Below, in pieces: positions 49,172-63,012 of a DNA stretch of 64,000 bases. The stretch spans positions 1 to 64,000 of the forward strand of contig CDROCS010002096.1 of NCBI GenBank assembly GCA_977020255.1, written 5' to 3'. Origin of the DNA: Obrimoposthia wandeli (taxonomy: Eukaryota). Position 1 is the first letter of the stretch, and the number at the start of each line of letters is the position of its first letter. Under the pieces are notes generated by a model. The model made no database searches. It saw only the letters and a list, made by a program, of their open reading frames with translations, and was not told where the DNA came from. Both the position numbers and the translations under genes were made by a program.

Positions 49172-51790
49172 CACTTATATTTCTTATTATTTATAGTAAT
49201 ATGAATAAATTTTCTATTTATTTTTCTAGAATTTCGTGGCTCATATTTGCAATAATTGCTCTTTTATCCCGTTGTAAATCCTGCTTATATGAATAAAACT
49301 GTGATTTGTAAATATCATTATTTAAACTCACAAAATTCTCATCTGACTAGAATCTATAGGAAGAAGTGCAAGGAATATTTTATTACTGATGGGTGCGATC
49401 AAATAAGAGATAATTTGTCAGAAATGTATTCAGTGAAGATTTTCAATTTTTAGAATTAGAATTTGATAACAAATACTTAAATTAACCTTTAACTTAAATT
49501 TGAAACTTGAAATCCCAAATGATTATGAAAGTGCAATTTATTTATCAGTCTTTTCTCACCACTTCCGTATTATTGTTGTATTCTCAACTGTTACCATTTA
49601 ATGAAACCAATCCCTTTGATGACTACATATGAGAATAATTTTAAAGGTTGTATAAATCACGAGATTAGTTTAATTTCCAAAAATGAAAACGCCAACAGAT
49701 TCAAAAACAACATGGGTATATAAATGTATATCAAAGTTGGAAACGGCTGGTATAATATTCTTGTTGGTGAATATCGTTAACATTGGCTTATAATATGCTT
49801 CCCTCAAACTTTTGACTAGTGAGATATTGATGGAATATTTTAATTCCTAAAAGTATATAAATAATTTTTTTTGTGCAAAATTTTGCTCAGAATGGTTTGT
49901 GTTGTTTATCAAAATGCTACGTAACATTTGTTTCAATAGCTGTCTTGGATTTATTGATTTTTTCCTGAATATTGGAAAATTAATTTTAACATAAAATTCG
50001 AGGAGACTTCTTCAGTATAGGTTTTTTTTTACCATTTTCAGAAATAACATTGACCTGTGATCATCCAGTATCCACTTTTAACTTAATTTTTTTATTGTTG
50101 ATAATGAACTTAATAAACAACATGTTCCCTTCTGTTTGACAATTAGTAAGACGTAGAAAGAAAAAATATCTAACACACTTTATTTGTTATTTTATATTAA
50201 CTTGTCTTTAACATTCATATCCACTTTCCAATTGTCCACTATGAATAGCTAATATTCATTCATTTTTGCACACTTCTTTCCATGGCTGGAAAATTTCTTC
50301 TTTGATGAGATGATTAGCAAAATTTTCATTGATTTATCATGCTTGGAGAATGGCTATTTATTTTGTAAATGCATCAATATTGTCGATATTAACACCCAAA
50401 GACGCACTAGTGTCCTGTTCTAATTAAATTTTAATTATTTCATATGGATCTGCATTTTTTTTCCAATGCTCTATGAATATATATGGCTCCATAAGTTGTC
50501 TACCAGGAATTCTCTTGTTATCAAAACCACAAAAATATAGTTTTTTAAAGCTTTTTTTCAATTCTCATTGACTTTATTTCTCAAGTCAAAAGTAAAATCT
50601 TCAATCGTGTATTTCTTGTTGAAGTGAATTAAAAAATTCATATCTTTGAAGGGTTAAATTCTTCATATTAGAAAAAATAGTCATAAAATTCAAAAATCAC
50701 TGACTAGATTCGAATGTTTTCTTGTATTACAAATACAAAGTATTATATTTGTCTACCCTTTACACCAATAATTAATGGAGGATTATATGTTTTAACCACA
50801 TTTGATTTTCCGACTTCTGATTACATAACTCAAACGTTCCGTTGTCAATTAAACTAACTGAAATGTATTTTTCTTCAATTGGAGCAGTATTTATTTTACA
50901 ATTTTATTCACAATATGGGTGAAATTTTATCATAACACCATAACATTATTCAAAAGACAAACCGAAATCACAAAAAAATGTATTTTTACGATGACAGTTC
51001 TTTTGTACACTAGACATAAAGCCAAAACATTTAACCAAATTCTAACATTTTCATTAGTAGTCAGCCGAAAATCTTTATTGGATGGAATTAAAACGTAAAT
51101 TAACACAAATTAAAATTTAAAAATATGAAGTATTTATAATGTTCTACTTTTATTTATAAGTGAAAAACTTAAAAATAACTTAAGTTTAACTTTTCAATAT
51201 TTTGCTAATTTATTACAAAATCTGTTATAGATAAATAAAACTACTTAACTAAATAAATACTTTTATTTAAATTGAATATTGTCAATAAATGCTTCTTTAA
51301 AATACAGATTTTATATTATTTCATATTTTTAACCAAAATAGTGAGAACATACTTCAATAACAGATTTGGAACCATTTTAGTCTATAATTAGTTTGGTCAC
51401 CCCATGAAATTTTTGATTGAAAACAACGTGTAACCATAATTTTTTTAATATTTAGATTTACTATAAAAAATTGTTAAAATAAACAAAATTTTAACTAAAA
51501 ACTATCATCAGAAAAAAAAATGAAATGGGAGATTCAAATAACAAAAATATCGAAATGAATTATAATGATTAAAAGTCAACACTATAATCTTTAGACATAT
51601 ACAACATTAATGCATACAACCGAATAGCAATAAAAATGTAAATTTTGTAATAGTTACTTACAAAACTTTCTATAAAAATACATTAAATATCCTCTATACA
51701 AATAAACTGTATTGGTAAAATGCGAATTGTACAGAAAATGGCTTAATTACACTAAATCTAACAGCGAGCGATTACAACAGAGAATCTTTG

Positions 51791-54700
51791 TCAAAGGGTA
51801 GAATCAAATTCCAAGTTTTCCAAACCCGCTTGACTGGGAGGGGTTCCGGCGGCGGCCTTTTTGCGCTTGAAGCGAGGATCAAGCAGGTAGGACCTGTTGA
51901 GAGCGCCCTTGTTGCCAGAGGAGTCTGTGGAGTCAAGTGAGTTCATGCGGTTGGCAAATGCGAATCCGGTATCTAGAGGCGATATTAGCGACGACTCGTC
52001 CAGGGAGTCCGGTACGGACAGCTGTTGCAAGGGTGAAGTAACATCATCGGCTGAAGTCGAAGCAGATGGGTTAATGACACTGGGGTGCCCGCGTAACCGC
52101 GGGTCCGTGTACTTGTGCGGCAGCTCGCACGTCTCGATGTTCATCAGCGGGTAAGGAATCTTTACAGGCACCTCCAACAGCACTGCCTTCCATACCCGCT
52201 CGAAGTTGATAGACTCCGGAGGGTTGTGGTAATAGTGGAAAGCGGACATGTTGATCAATTCCATCATGTTGGGATGCTCGTAACCACCATACATCATCTG
52301 GTCACAGCCCTGCAACATGATTCTTCATTGTAGAAGTTCATAATATAACAGATAGATACTAAAAAAGTTTCCAGAAACAAAATGATTATGTTAATTGAAA
52401 AAAAAATCGAAAAACTTAAAACTTGAAATAATGATTTTTATTAAACAATCCTTTAAAACAACAAGCCTTGTTATTTATTAGCAGTATGGGATATTCATGC
52501 ATCCATGCACAATTTTAAAGTAGATCCGGAGGGTTAAATTGTATTTAATTAATCTGGCATTTACTATCATCTATTTAGCTGTTAAATTTCATTAACATTT
52601 TTGCAATAAATCGTCCATGGACATTTTAAACAAATTTATATTTACCTTTCAGCATAGTGGAAATATATCGTCTAACTATACCTTTTCAAATTCAATATGG
52701 GAATAGTCAAATTCAATATGGGAATAGTCAAATTCAATATGGGAATAGTCAAATTCAATATGGGAATAGTCAAATTCATTATGGGAATATTATTTAAATA
52801 TAAATAAATTATTAATCAGAAATCATTAAAAATTTAAAAAAACCCTTAAATGCCTAATCCTAGAATCAAGAAAGATGAGACCAAGGAAAAGAGAGCACAG
52901 ATCCTTGCAGTTTATGCATCCGGCGGGGATTGGAGGGCTTTGGCTGAAACATTAGGTGTAAAGTCCAGTACCTATTATAGGTGGATTAAAAACGGTGATG
53001 TACAAGACGCAAGAGGGGAAGTTCGTGTCCAAAAGATTTTTGAAACTCATGAATCATTTATGATAAATGAGATTGAAAAAAATCCCAGGGTTTCCCTCGA
53101 GGAGTTGACAGCACTTCTCAGAGGTGAGTATGATTTGGAAGTTACCAAAGAATGCGTGCGTCTACACCTTGACGCACATCTTTATACTCTCAGGGCAATA
53201 CGTTATGAACCTGAAAGGGGGAATTGTCTTGAGAATAAAGAAAAAAGAAGGCTGTTCGCAGTTGATCTTTTAAACCACCAGTCAGGTACCCTTCCAATTC
53301 TTTTTATGGATGAAACGAATTTTAATATTCACATCTCCAGGAAAGAAGGAAGATCAAGGAGGGGAACCAGGTGTACAGTGGTCACCAGTGGGTCGAGAGG
53401 GGCTAATGTACATCTAATAGGATGTATAGGGCCACTGGGCATGGTACACCATGAGATAAAAAGGGGATCGTTCAGGATGGACGCAGCTAATGAATGGATC
53501 AGGGTGTGTTTAAGGAAAGGCATGCAATTACACCAAAGCAAGGTTGTCTTGGTAATTGACAATGCGCCTTGCCATTCCAGAATACAGGATGTTCTTGGCG
53601 AGGCCGAATTTGAGGGAAATGTGATTTTAAGGCTGGCGCCTTATAGTCCTATGTTAAACCCCATAGAGCATGCTTGGTCCAAAATTAAAGCATCTGTGGA
53701 AAGTTGGTTAGCCGTTGAAATGCCCGGAATTTTACGAGGAAATGGGCAAGGAGCTCTTACAACAACCGAGTTTCGTCTTCAGAAGCTTAAAGGGTTTGTT
53801 TCTGCCGCTTTGGCTGAAATTACTCCATTTGTTTGTAACAATTTCATTGCATCTATTCAAAGATTACTGCCGGATGCATTGAATATGGTCAACATGACCT
53901 ATTAATAAATTGAGCTGGACTAATTTTTATTTTTATAATACCTTTGTAAATTTTCATAATGCCTTTTACTATTCCCATAATGAATTTGACTATTCCCATA
54001 TTGATTTTGACTATTCCCATATTGAATTTGACTATTCCCATATTGAATTTGACTACAGTGCTGGACAAAATATAAGCCAGTAAAAAATATGTTCACAATT
54101 ATTCAAAATTAAATAATTTGTAAGAGATTTAAAAATACAATTTTAGAATCTACTATGAGACATAATATCTTAGTTTCAATATCAATTTATTTTTCGGCAA
54201 AATCTCTATCGGTTTTTGAAAAAAATAGGTTTAAGTAAACAAAGACGTATTTTTTTATTTATTTACATTGGACAAAAGTGGCTTATAATTTTTTTAAATT
54301 TACAATTATTGGTAATTAATAATTTTATAAATATAATTGATTATTTTTTTTTAATAATTTGGTTTCTTGAATGTGTGATCTACATTTTTCATAAATTTTT
54401 TTTAGATTTATGGCACGTGGAAATGGTTTAACAGAAGAAGAGAAGTGTAACATTGACCGTTATAATAATGAAGGCTTGAACCCATCTCAGATTGCAGAAA
54501 AGTTGACAAGAAGTAGAGGTGCTGTTAGAAATTATTTAGAAAATAAAACAAGTGGGCAATTGGGCCGTCCTAGGTCATTAGATGACCGATCTGTGAGATT
54601 ATTATGCAGAAAAGCCTCTAATTCTACTAAAAGCTCAGCTCAGTTAAAATCCAACTTAAACCTAAGCTGTTCCTCTCGAACAATAAGACGCAGATTATCC

Positions 54701-57700
54701 GATAACCCAAATCTTGTATTCTTAAAAATGTTATCAAAACCAAATTTGACATCCAGGCACATTGAAAGACGACTTCTGTTTGCTAGAAATAATCTTAGTA
54801 CTAATTGGTCAAGAATCATGTTTTCCGATGAAAAAAGATTCAATCTTGATGGTCCAGATGGTCTAAGCAGCTATTGGCACAACAAAAGAATGCCTCCCAT
54901 GTCAAAAATTAGAAGACAGTGTAAAGGCGGTGGTATCATGATTTGGGGTGGATTTTCGAAAGAAGGGTTAACTAGTTTATCATTCATAAATGTTAGGATG
55001 AACTCTGAAAAATACCAAGAAGTTTTGATAGACCATCTTCTACCTTTTACGCAAAAATTTGATATTTTTCAACAGGATAATGCGAGTGTACATGCTTCTC
55101 CAATCCACTAGAACATGGTTAGCCGAAAACAATATCAATATTTTAGACTGGCCAGCATGTAGTCCTGATTTAAATCCAATAGAAAATCTTTGGGGCATTA
55201 TGGTTAGAGATGTTTATGCAGATTCAAAACAATATGCATCTGTTAATGAACTGAAAACTGGCGTTTTAAGAGCCTGGGAGAAAATAGGACAAAACACAAT
55301 TGATACACTAATTCATTCAATGCCTAATAGGATTTTTGAATTAATTTTAAAGAAAGGAGCAAGCACGCATTATTAGATTTTGTAATTTGTAATTATTTAT
55401 TTATTAAAATATCATAAATTAATTAAGTGGCTTATATTTTGTCCAATATAAATAAACTAAATTTTGTTAGTTTTTTATATTTTTGATGATAAAATTTAAA
55501 TTAATTATCAAAATTTCTAAAAAATAAAAATATTATATTAATAAATGTAATAATAATTATGTTATTCAATATCACTTCGATTCTACTATTATTTATTTCC
55601 TATTTTTACAAAAAACATGAATAAAATATACTGGCTTATATTTTGTCCAGCACTGTATTCCCATATTGAATTTGACTATTCCCATATTGAATTTGAAAAG
55701 GTATAGATCGCTTCATTTGATTTAATTGTCTAATATCTCATTCCTCGATCAAATTATGTTTTATAAAAGTATTATTGAACAATTCCCAGACTAGGGTATT
55801 AATTTTTCTTATCATAACTAAATAAGTCATAGTGATTTTTCAGCAAATAATTTATGCAAATTCTCAAATCTTATCAAGCTCCTCTAAAAAATTTTATATA
55901 AACGACTGAGTATTGTTTCTAAATAAAAAATTAATATAATTGAATTTTCTTGTATAATAGTGCTTCAACATTCTGCATAAATTACACATTGACAAAATTG
56001 ATAAAATTTGAGATATGTTTAACATGTTGACCAAATGTTTACTACACTCGCTAAATATTCGTCAAAAACTATTTATTAAAGCTAAGTAATACGGTTTTAG
56101 AGAAGTACGAACAAGACAATAGGTGTCGTAAATTTTATAAATCTAAACACATTCGATGTGGTATAAGTGACAATTGTAAAGCTAGACGCTTAAAAACGTA
56201 AAAAATAGGAAACATTTTCTGTCAGGTATTTTAGAAATTTTAGCGATATTGTGATATATATTTAAATTAAAATTAAGTTCATATGGAAAGAAATTATATT
56301 TGAACAATGTAATATGATATTATAAATTATAATGACGTACCAGTCTGACATTAGCCTGAGCAGCATTGATGTTGGTGCTGGGTACATAAGTGCCCGGGGG
56401 TACCTCCGGTGACTTGGTTTTGATAGGTGAGGCCAAGGGTGGTGCCACAGACATGGGGAAGTCAGCCTCGAGGCGCGGAGCATAGTCATCATCATCACAT
56501 TGCTGCACGGACGGGTCGAGAATGTCCACGAGACGTTTAGGAGACTGAGTGTCTCTTTTGAGGCTGTCTTTCGTGGTGACAATCTGGGCCAGATTACCAA
56601 TGTAGGGGTCAGGTCCGGCTTCCATACCTCCGTGGCCCATCATGTCCATCTTGGCACCCGGGATGTTCATCTGCATCAGGGGCGGCACTGGGTACGGGAT
56701 TCTGGAGCGGCAAAATCACATTTAGTATCACACATCAAATAAATTTTTATGTGAATAATTAACAAATTAGTTTTTTGGAATGGCTGTCAATTTCTAAACT
56801 TAAATCCAATCAAAATGTTTGGGTATTATTATTGAGACGAATACTTACTGTAAAAAATGATATCAGAACGAAATATCAATAAACAGGAAGATAATCATGT
56901 ACAACTGATGAGACCCAGAAACTTAAAATATCTTCTGTTTAATGAAGGTAAAGTAGAATTATAATGACCTAAGCTGTATATAATATCGAATTAATTATAT
57001 ATATAGGTTAAAGGAACATTTTTTCGTTTATAGGAAAATCATTTTCAAAATGTATATTTATTTATCAATGTTTTAAATGGAATGGTTCTTTCATTTTAAG
57101 ATCTTTAACCACAAGCATAATTTATACACCAATGCTAAACAAAAACAACCTAATGGAGATTTTCCATTAGATAAATAGAGAAGCGTAGAATATTGACGAA
57201 TATATAAAAGATTATTTAACAAGCTTTCCTTAGGCAACCAGTGGAAAATCGCATTAGCTATGGGTGTTTTCAAGTCACCTCTAGGGTTGTATCTTGTCAT
57301 GTATACCATTGCCTCACTAATGATAACAGATAATGTCAAATCAACAAACTACTTGTTTGAATAAATTATGCCGAGTCATTTTTGTTGACATATATTATTG
57401 AATTATATGCAGAAACAAATATATTTCTCGAATGTAGCTAATTACGTCAACTCTGGTAAGAGATTTTTAAAATAATTTAACTGATAGATGTTGGGGATAG
57501 CATCGAAATTATGGCAAACGGATGAATGTATAAAATTGTAATCCAATTTCAATATACATAGTACACATATTGTAAATTAGTAAGTTAAATTCAGACATTT
57601 ACTAAATTAAAAAGAAATAATAATTGTAGTTAATATGAATTTAACAGAAAGCAAGATTAAATATTGTGGTAAATTTTATTGACTTTTTAGTATGAATTGA

Positions 57701-60700
57701 AGTCAAAATAAAAGCCCTTTTCAAATTCTACTTTCAAGTAAGTTTTTATTTTTTATTAAAATTAAGCATTTGTGAAAAAAATTATAATTTTCCAATAAAT
57801 TGATTTAAATCCTAACTAAATATTATTTTAAAAATCCGTTAAAATGTCAAAGCTCTAAATTATATTTTAATGATTATAATATTTAAATTACTAGCTTCCT
57901 AATGCGTCTCGTTTGATTTTTATTTGATGCTTTTCAGTGCTCATCCGTGTATGTTTGTGCCATTTTAATTTAGCATACAATTTAATAGAGTAAATTACTT
58001 TTTAACCTAATATCTGGAACAGAAACGATAAGATATCGTATCATCGATAGGATCTAAACTTAGACTATCACATCAACTACATGTATTAATTTAGTTACTG
58101 CTTCATTTTAACTTAGTAATGAACAATAGTTGTAATAACAGGAAATCCAAATTAATATTAGACAAAAATAACTAGTCAAACATGTCCAATGAGACAGTTT
58201 ACTTTGACAGGTATTAGAAAACTTTATAATGCTATTCTTTTAAAATAGTCGTTTATATATTAGTATTTTTGATATAAAAAAAATTCCAAAAAATAAACAC
58301 GTGAACCGAAATGGCATTTTGTTGAAACAAAAAGCTACAAATTTTCGGTTAATAACTCAGTTTAATTAATTTTTTTTTTATGTATGGAAAATTTAATTTG
58401 GACATTTGTGATTAAATTATGTATCACAAAGCATTTAAAATGTATATCCTTGAATATTTTTGTTTTTATATATTAAAGGATATTTCATTATTTCTATTTA
58501 ACTACTACTTTTCAAATTAAATTTGTTGAAAAAGATCTATCACAAACTTTGTATTTGTATATAATAACTGCTACGCTCTTATTGGTTAGCAAAATTCATA
58601 TGATTAATATTATGCGTTATTTCAAGCTACGTAAATAAATATAAGTTCGTTTTAAACCACTTTGGGATGTGAATATTCAAATAAATAACAGAGCATTACA
58701 CTTTATATTGTCAGATTACTAAAAATTGTGAATTAGAAACATTTATACAATTATATTCAAGAATATTAGTTAGAAAATACTTTTTTATGTACATAAAAGT
58801 TTTTATTATCATAATAAACCTATGAACAATTAATGTCACGAAATAGACGATAAAAGCAAAAATCTTGACTCACCCATTGACATTTGGCATCATCATTCTT
58901 TGAACGCCTCTTTGAAACATTCGATTGGGGCTGGGAACGGGGTAGGGATATCTATCAAACATAAATCTCTGTCTGTGTGCCATATCCATTTGCATTTCGG
59001 GGAATCGCATCATGGGATTATATCCGTACCTATAGGGCATTCTCATGACATCTTGACCGACCGGGAATCTTTGATGCATATCCATGAAATTCGGATCTGG
59101 GTGTTCCATCATGTTCCTGAAACAAAGTCATATTAGAACCAAGACGGTAAAATTGCAGTCTCACCGATTGAAATCATCTCTACCGAATTTCTCCATCCGT
59201 TGATCTTCGTGGTCTAATGAACAATTAGAAATGGAAGTTAAATTTACTAACTTACTGGCCATGGAGTCACAATTGCCTTTGTCTTTTCGTTCGTCAATCT
59301 AAAGAGAAATATTATATTAAAATTTTAAATAACTATATCACCATTTCAATTTTTTATTATTTCCTTTAAAATGGGTTGTTATATAAAGTAAGTTTATATG
59401 TTTGTCGGGACGTGAAAAACGTATTTTATTTTGTGAAATCATCAATATTGGGAAATAAGCAAAAATAATATGCAACTTAAATTAAACATCAAGTGTGCAA
59501 AAAAAAATATCTACAAGGCTGTATTGATTTGTAAACAAATGTTATCGAGAACCAATAAAATAACATCAATATGTTGCAAACATTGCCTAATTTCCTGAGA
59601 TCCTTGGGGAATAACTAAATTTTTAATAAAAAGTTCTAGACTGACATTAAGGGTAATTTTGACTTAAGCCAATTTAAAATATTAAAACACGCTACTAACT
59701 ATTGAATTGACTTAAAAATATAGATAAATTATTATTTTATGCTAGTAATTTTCTATGATTTCTTAAAGAAAAAAAATATTTAAGTATAAAAGTCAAAATT
59801 TCCTGTAAACTGACAAAAACTTTATGAAAATGAAAACCTCAGAATAAACTTGACCTTTGAAAAACAGTTTTTGTTACGATTTAGAAATTTGAAAATGCGA
59901 TCATAATATGTAAACTGCATTTTAAATACACACCTTAAAATAAGCAGAATAAAATTTTCATTTCAGAAATCACACATTCACATACAATCTGAAATATATA
60001 TTTTTAAATAATTTAGCTAAATACATACAAAGAATATTTTGATGTGTCGTATTTTAAAATGTGGAAATGTTTTATTATTTTATGCTTTCACATTCACTCT
60101 TTTGGATTTGACAGCTGACAAGGGGAATATTTTTTGTATATTTTTATTAATACAGTTGAATTCTAGTATATTTTAATAATATTTAAAATAATGCAATATA
60201 TACCCCAAAACAGTTTTCAAATGGTAAAAATATGTCATTATTTAAATGTATTTTTTTAAGATTGTTATAAGGAAATCGATTTTTGTATTAGTATTTTCGA
60301 TAAATGTTCAAATTGTCCAACCAAAAAAAATTCTCACCTTCTCATCCAAATATCTCTCCAACAATTCCTTGGACTCCGGAGTTAGAGACGAATGCGAATA
60401 CTTGCAGCTGTCGCCAGATGGACACATCTTTGATCCAGCGTGGTACAATTTACAGGGAAATTCTTCGTGCATATAATTGCACTCGCCGCGCTTATAGCAG
60501 TCTTGGTGCTCGTAAAATTTACACAATTCTTTGATGGATGCTTCCTTCCGATGTTGTTGGGTATTATGACTGTCGTTTGAGTAGCTGTTGTTGTTATTCG
60601 AGTAACTATTGCTATTATTAGAGTAGCTATTGCTATTATTAGAGTAGCTATTGCTATTATTGGAGTAGCTATTGTTGTTGTTTGAATAGGTATTATTATT

Positions 60701-63012
60701 AGAATAGCTATTATTGTTATTTCCACCATTACCACCGCTGCCACCGCCGGCCGATTCGTGAAGAAATGTACAGTTATCGCCGTGTCTACACGAACCCATC
60801 GCAAAGTACTTACAAACGCTTTTCTTACCACCACCTCCACCTCGATTATTCCATCCTCCGCGTCCTCTTCCACCACCTCTACCTCCATCATCATTACGCC
60901 TATAGCCTCCTCTTCCTCTTCCTCCAAACGAGTTCGACTGCTCACTGTCACTATTATTATTATCCCACTTGTTATAGCCTCCGCCACCTTTCTGAGGACT
61001 GCTGTCGTTATTACCCCATTCGCTTCTCTTGGGACTGCTGCCCCATTTTGGGGCATCATCATTATTGGTTCCCCATGCTGTATTTGTGGTCGGTTTCAAA
61101 GAGCTGGTATTGTCAGCTCCCCATTTCCCAAATTCTTCTTCATCATCACCACATCCACCCCACTTCTCGAATTTATTTCCCGTATCCTCCGCTTGACTAA
61201 TTGGAGCTTCTTTCTTAAAATCATTGGGAAAAAACGATTGAGTTTTTACTGGCTCGCTTGGTTTAGGAGCACTAACATCATCGTCACTGTCATAGCCCCA
61301 TTTTGCAGTCTCCACTGGAGATAAAGCACACATTGAAATTGGTTTTGGTGCGTCATCCACGAGTTCTTCTGACATTTGCTTCTTTTCCTCAAATGGCTTC
61401 GGTTTCTCTGTTGTTTTGGCTGGTTCATCATCACTCTCGTAGCCTCCCCATTTCTCTACACTCCTACTACGGGATCTTGCCTTCTCTTCTTTTATTTCTG
61501 AATCTTTGTCACCCCACTTATTCTCAAAGTCAGAAGGTTTGCTGTCTAAAATTGGAGAATCTTGTTTGAATCCGCCTTTGTCAGGGGAAGATTCTTTGTT
61601 TCCCCAACTGTTTTTGTTGCTGTCATGGCTATACGAAGAATTATCATTGTCATTATTGTCCTTCTGCCAGCTGTTGCGATTATTAAAGCCTCTATTGTTG
61701 CCTCTGCCTCTCCAATTATCATTACGATCACCTCTACGGTCACCCCGCCAGCCACCTCTATTTCCTCTCCATCCGCCTCGATTATTATCCTTATTATCGT
61801 CTCTGTTATTATTCCATCGATTTCCACGGCTGCCACTTCTACTGTCACTTGGACTTCTAGATTTGTTGTCCGAATTTCCTCCCCAGTTATTACGCTGTAC
61901 TGGACTTTGGTTTCGTCCCCAAGAGCTTTTGTTGTTGTTTGGACTATCGCTTCTTCCCCAGGAACTTTTATTTTTTTCTGGACTGTCGTTTCTTCCCCAG
62001 GAACTTTTATTTTTATCTGGACTATCGTTTCTTCCCCAGGAATTCTTATTTTTCTCTAGACTGTCGTTTCTTCCCCAGGAATTCTTATTTTTATCTGGAC
62101 TATCATTTCTTCCCCGGGAACTTTTAGTATCATTGGGACTGTCACTTTTTCCCCAAGAGCTTTTATTTTTATCAGGACTATCACTTCTTCCCCAGGAACT
62201 TTTAGTATTACTGGGACTGCTACCTCGTCCCCAAGAGTTTTTATTTCCGTCATTATTTTTAGTCTCATTCGGTTCATTTGGCTTAGTCGAAGATGTAGCT
62301 TCATCATCACTGTCATACGACCATTTTACCGTTTCTACGGGAGATTTAGGTATCTCATCGACAAAAGTATTCGATGCAGCAACAGGGGAGGTTGTTGGTA
62401 CTTTCTCCTCATCACTATTATATCCATCCCATTTCTCAAGAACATTACTTTTATTATCAAAATCCGGTTTACTACTCTCCTCAAAAAAGGGACTCTTAAA
62501 TGCATCATTAGAAATAGCGGTGGTGTCATCATCTTTGCTCTCTTCATCGATTCTAGACTTTTTCCATGCATCACTAGATTCGTCTGATTCAATATGACGT
62601 TTACGATGTGGCAGATTTTTATCAAGTGACGTTGAATATTTATCAGGTTCCCTAGAAAAATTACTATTAACGGAACTTAATTTAATTTTACATACTCATC
62701 ATTATTTGGATTTAGTTTAAATTGATTATCATTTAAACTTTCATTATTTATCGGCTCTACTTCAGGCTCAACTTCCTCATCTTCAATTTCACCATCTTCT
62801 AACTCAATTTGACTAAAAAATTACAAAAGCACATTAAATTAAAATAAATACAGCAAATTACTAATTAAATGTAAAATAAATTAATTAAAATAAAACCCAT
62901 TTTGAATTATATCACAATTTCAATGTAATACCAATGCTAACATAAGTTCAAATAATCAATAATGACAAATTTCTAGTTAGTACCTCAGTGGTTTTACGTC
63001 TTCGTCGGCCAT
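51791..63012 (-). CDS. ZC3H4/ZC3H6: CCCH zinc-finger protein of the ZC3H4/ZC3H6 (Su(sable)) family; exons 63012-62984, 62812-62696, 62651-60338, 59298-59256, 59213-59165, 59116-58874, 56701-56341, 52309-51791
   Basis: ELEDGEIED N-terminus. CKYFAMGSCRHGDNCTFLH, then ELCKFY...CNYMHEEFPCKLYH...CKYSHSSLTPESKELL, matches the family's three-finger block. All junctions are GT-AG and in frame. Confidence 0.88.
52850..53905 (+). CDS. Intact IS630-like DD35E transposase, 351 aa
   Basis: HTH N-terminus; FMDETNF, VIDNAPCH, YSPMLNPIE; 35 residues between the second D and E by manual count. Confidence 0.93.
   Translation: MPNPRIKKDETKEKRAQILAVYASGGDWRALAETLGVKSSTYYRWIKNGDVQDARGEVRVQKIFETHESFMINEIEKNPRVSLEELTALLRGEYDLEVTKECVRLHLDAHLYTLRAIRYEPERGNCLENKEKRRLFAVDLLNHQSGTLPILFMDETNFNIHISRKEGRSRRGTRCTVVTSGSRGANVHLIGCIGPLGMVHHEIKRGSFRMDAANEWIRVCLRKGMQLHQSKVVLVIDNAPCHSRIQDVLGEAEFEGNVILRLAPYSPMLNPIEHAWSKIKASVESWLAVEMPGILRGNGQGALTTTEFRLQKLKGFVSAALAEITPFVCNNFIASIQRLLPDALNMVNMTY
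54056..55655 (+). mobile_element. Tc1-like element, 1.6 kb, IR/DR-type ends, nested in the TIR above
   Basis: TA|CAGTGCTGGACAAAATATAAGCCAGTA...TACTGGCTTATATTTTGTCCAGCACTG|TA. Inner DR-like copies near 54265 and 55427. Confidence 0.93.
54410..55376 (+). pseudogene. Tc1/Tc3-type DD34E transposase with one frameshift near 55100
   Basis: GRPR, FSDEKRFNLDGPDG, FQQDNA, WPACSPDLNPIENLW. Confidence 0.92.
61875..62245 (-). repeat. Coding 39-bp (13-aa) tandem repeat SSWGRNDSPDKNK, about 9.5 units
   Basis: Direct reading; in frame with the CCCH exon. Confidence 0.9.

Larger units (their letters stand above)
52679..55703 (+). mobile_element. IS630/Tc1-superfamily element whose TIRs are built of 21-bp tandem repeats
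   Basis: TA|TACCTTTTCAAATTC...GAATTTGAAAAGGTA|TA. Unit TCAAATTCAATATGGGAATAG occurs about 5 times at each end. The right TIR is split by a nested Tc1. Confidence 0.9.

Noticed and set aside
49500-51100. Coding-like islands on the minus strand
   Set aside because: No consistent exon chain or recognisable domain could be built.
61506-62597. 363-aa plus-strand Leu-rich ORF, and other antisense ORFs at 60382-62316
   Set aside because: Shadow frames of the repetitive ZC3H exon on the minus strand.
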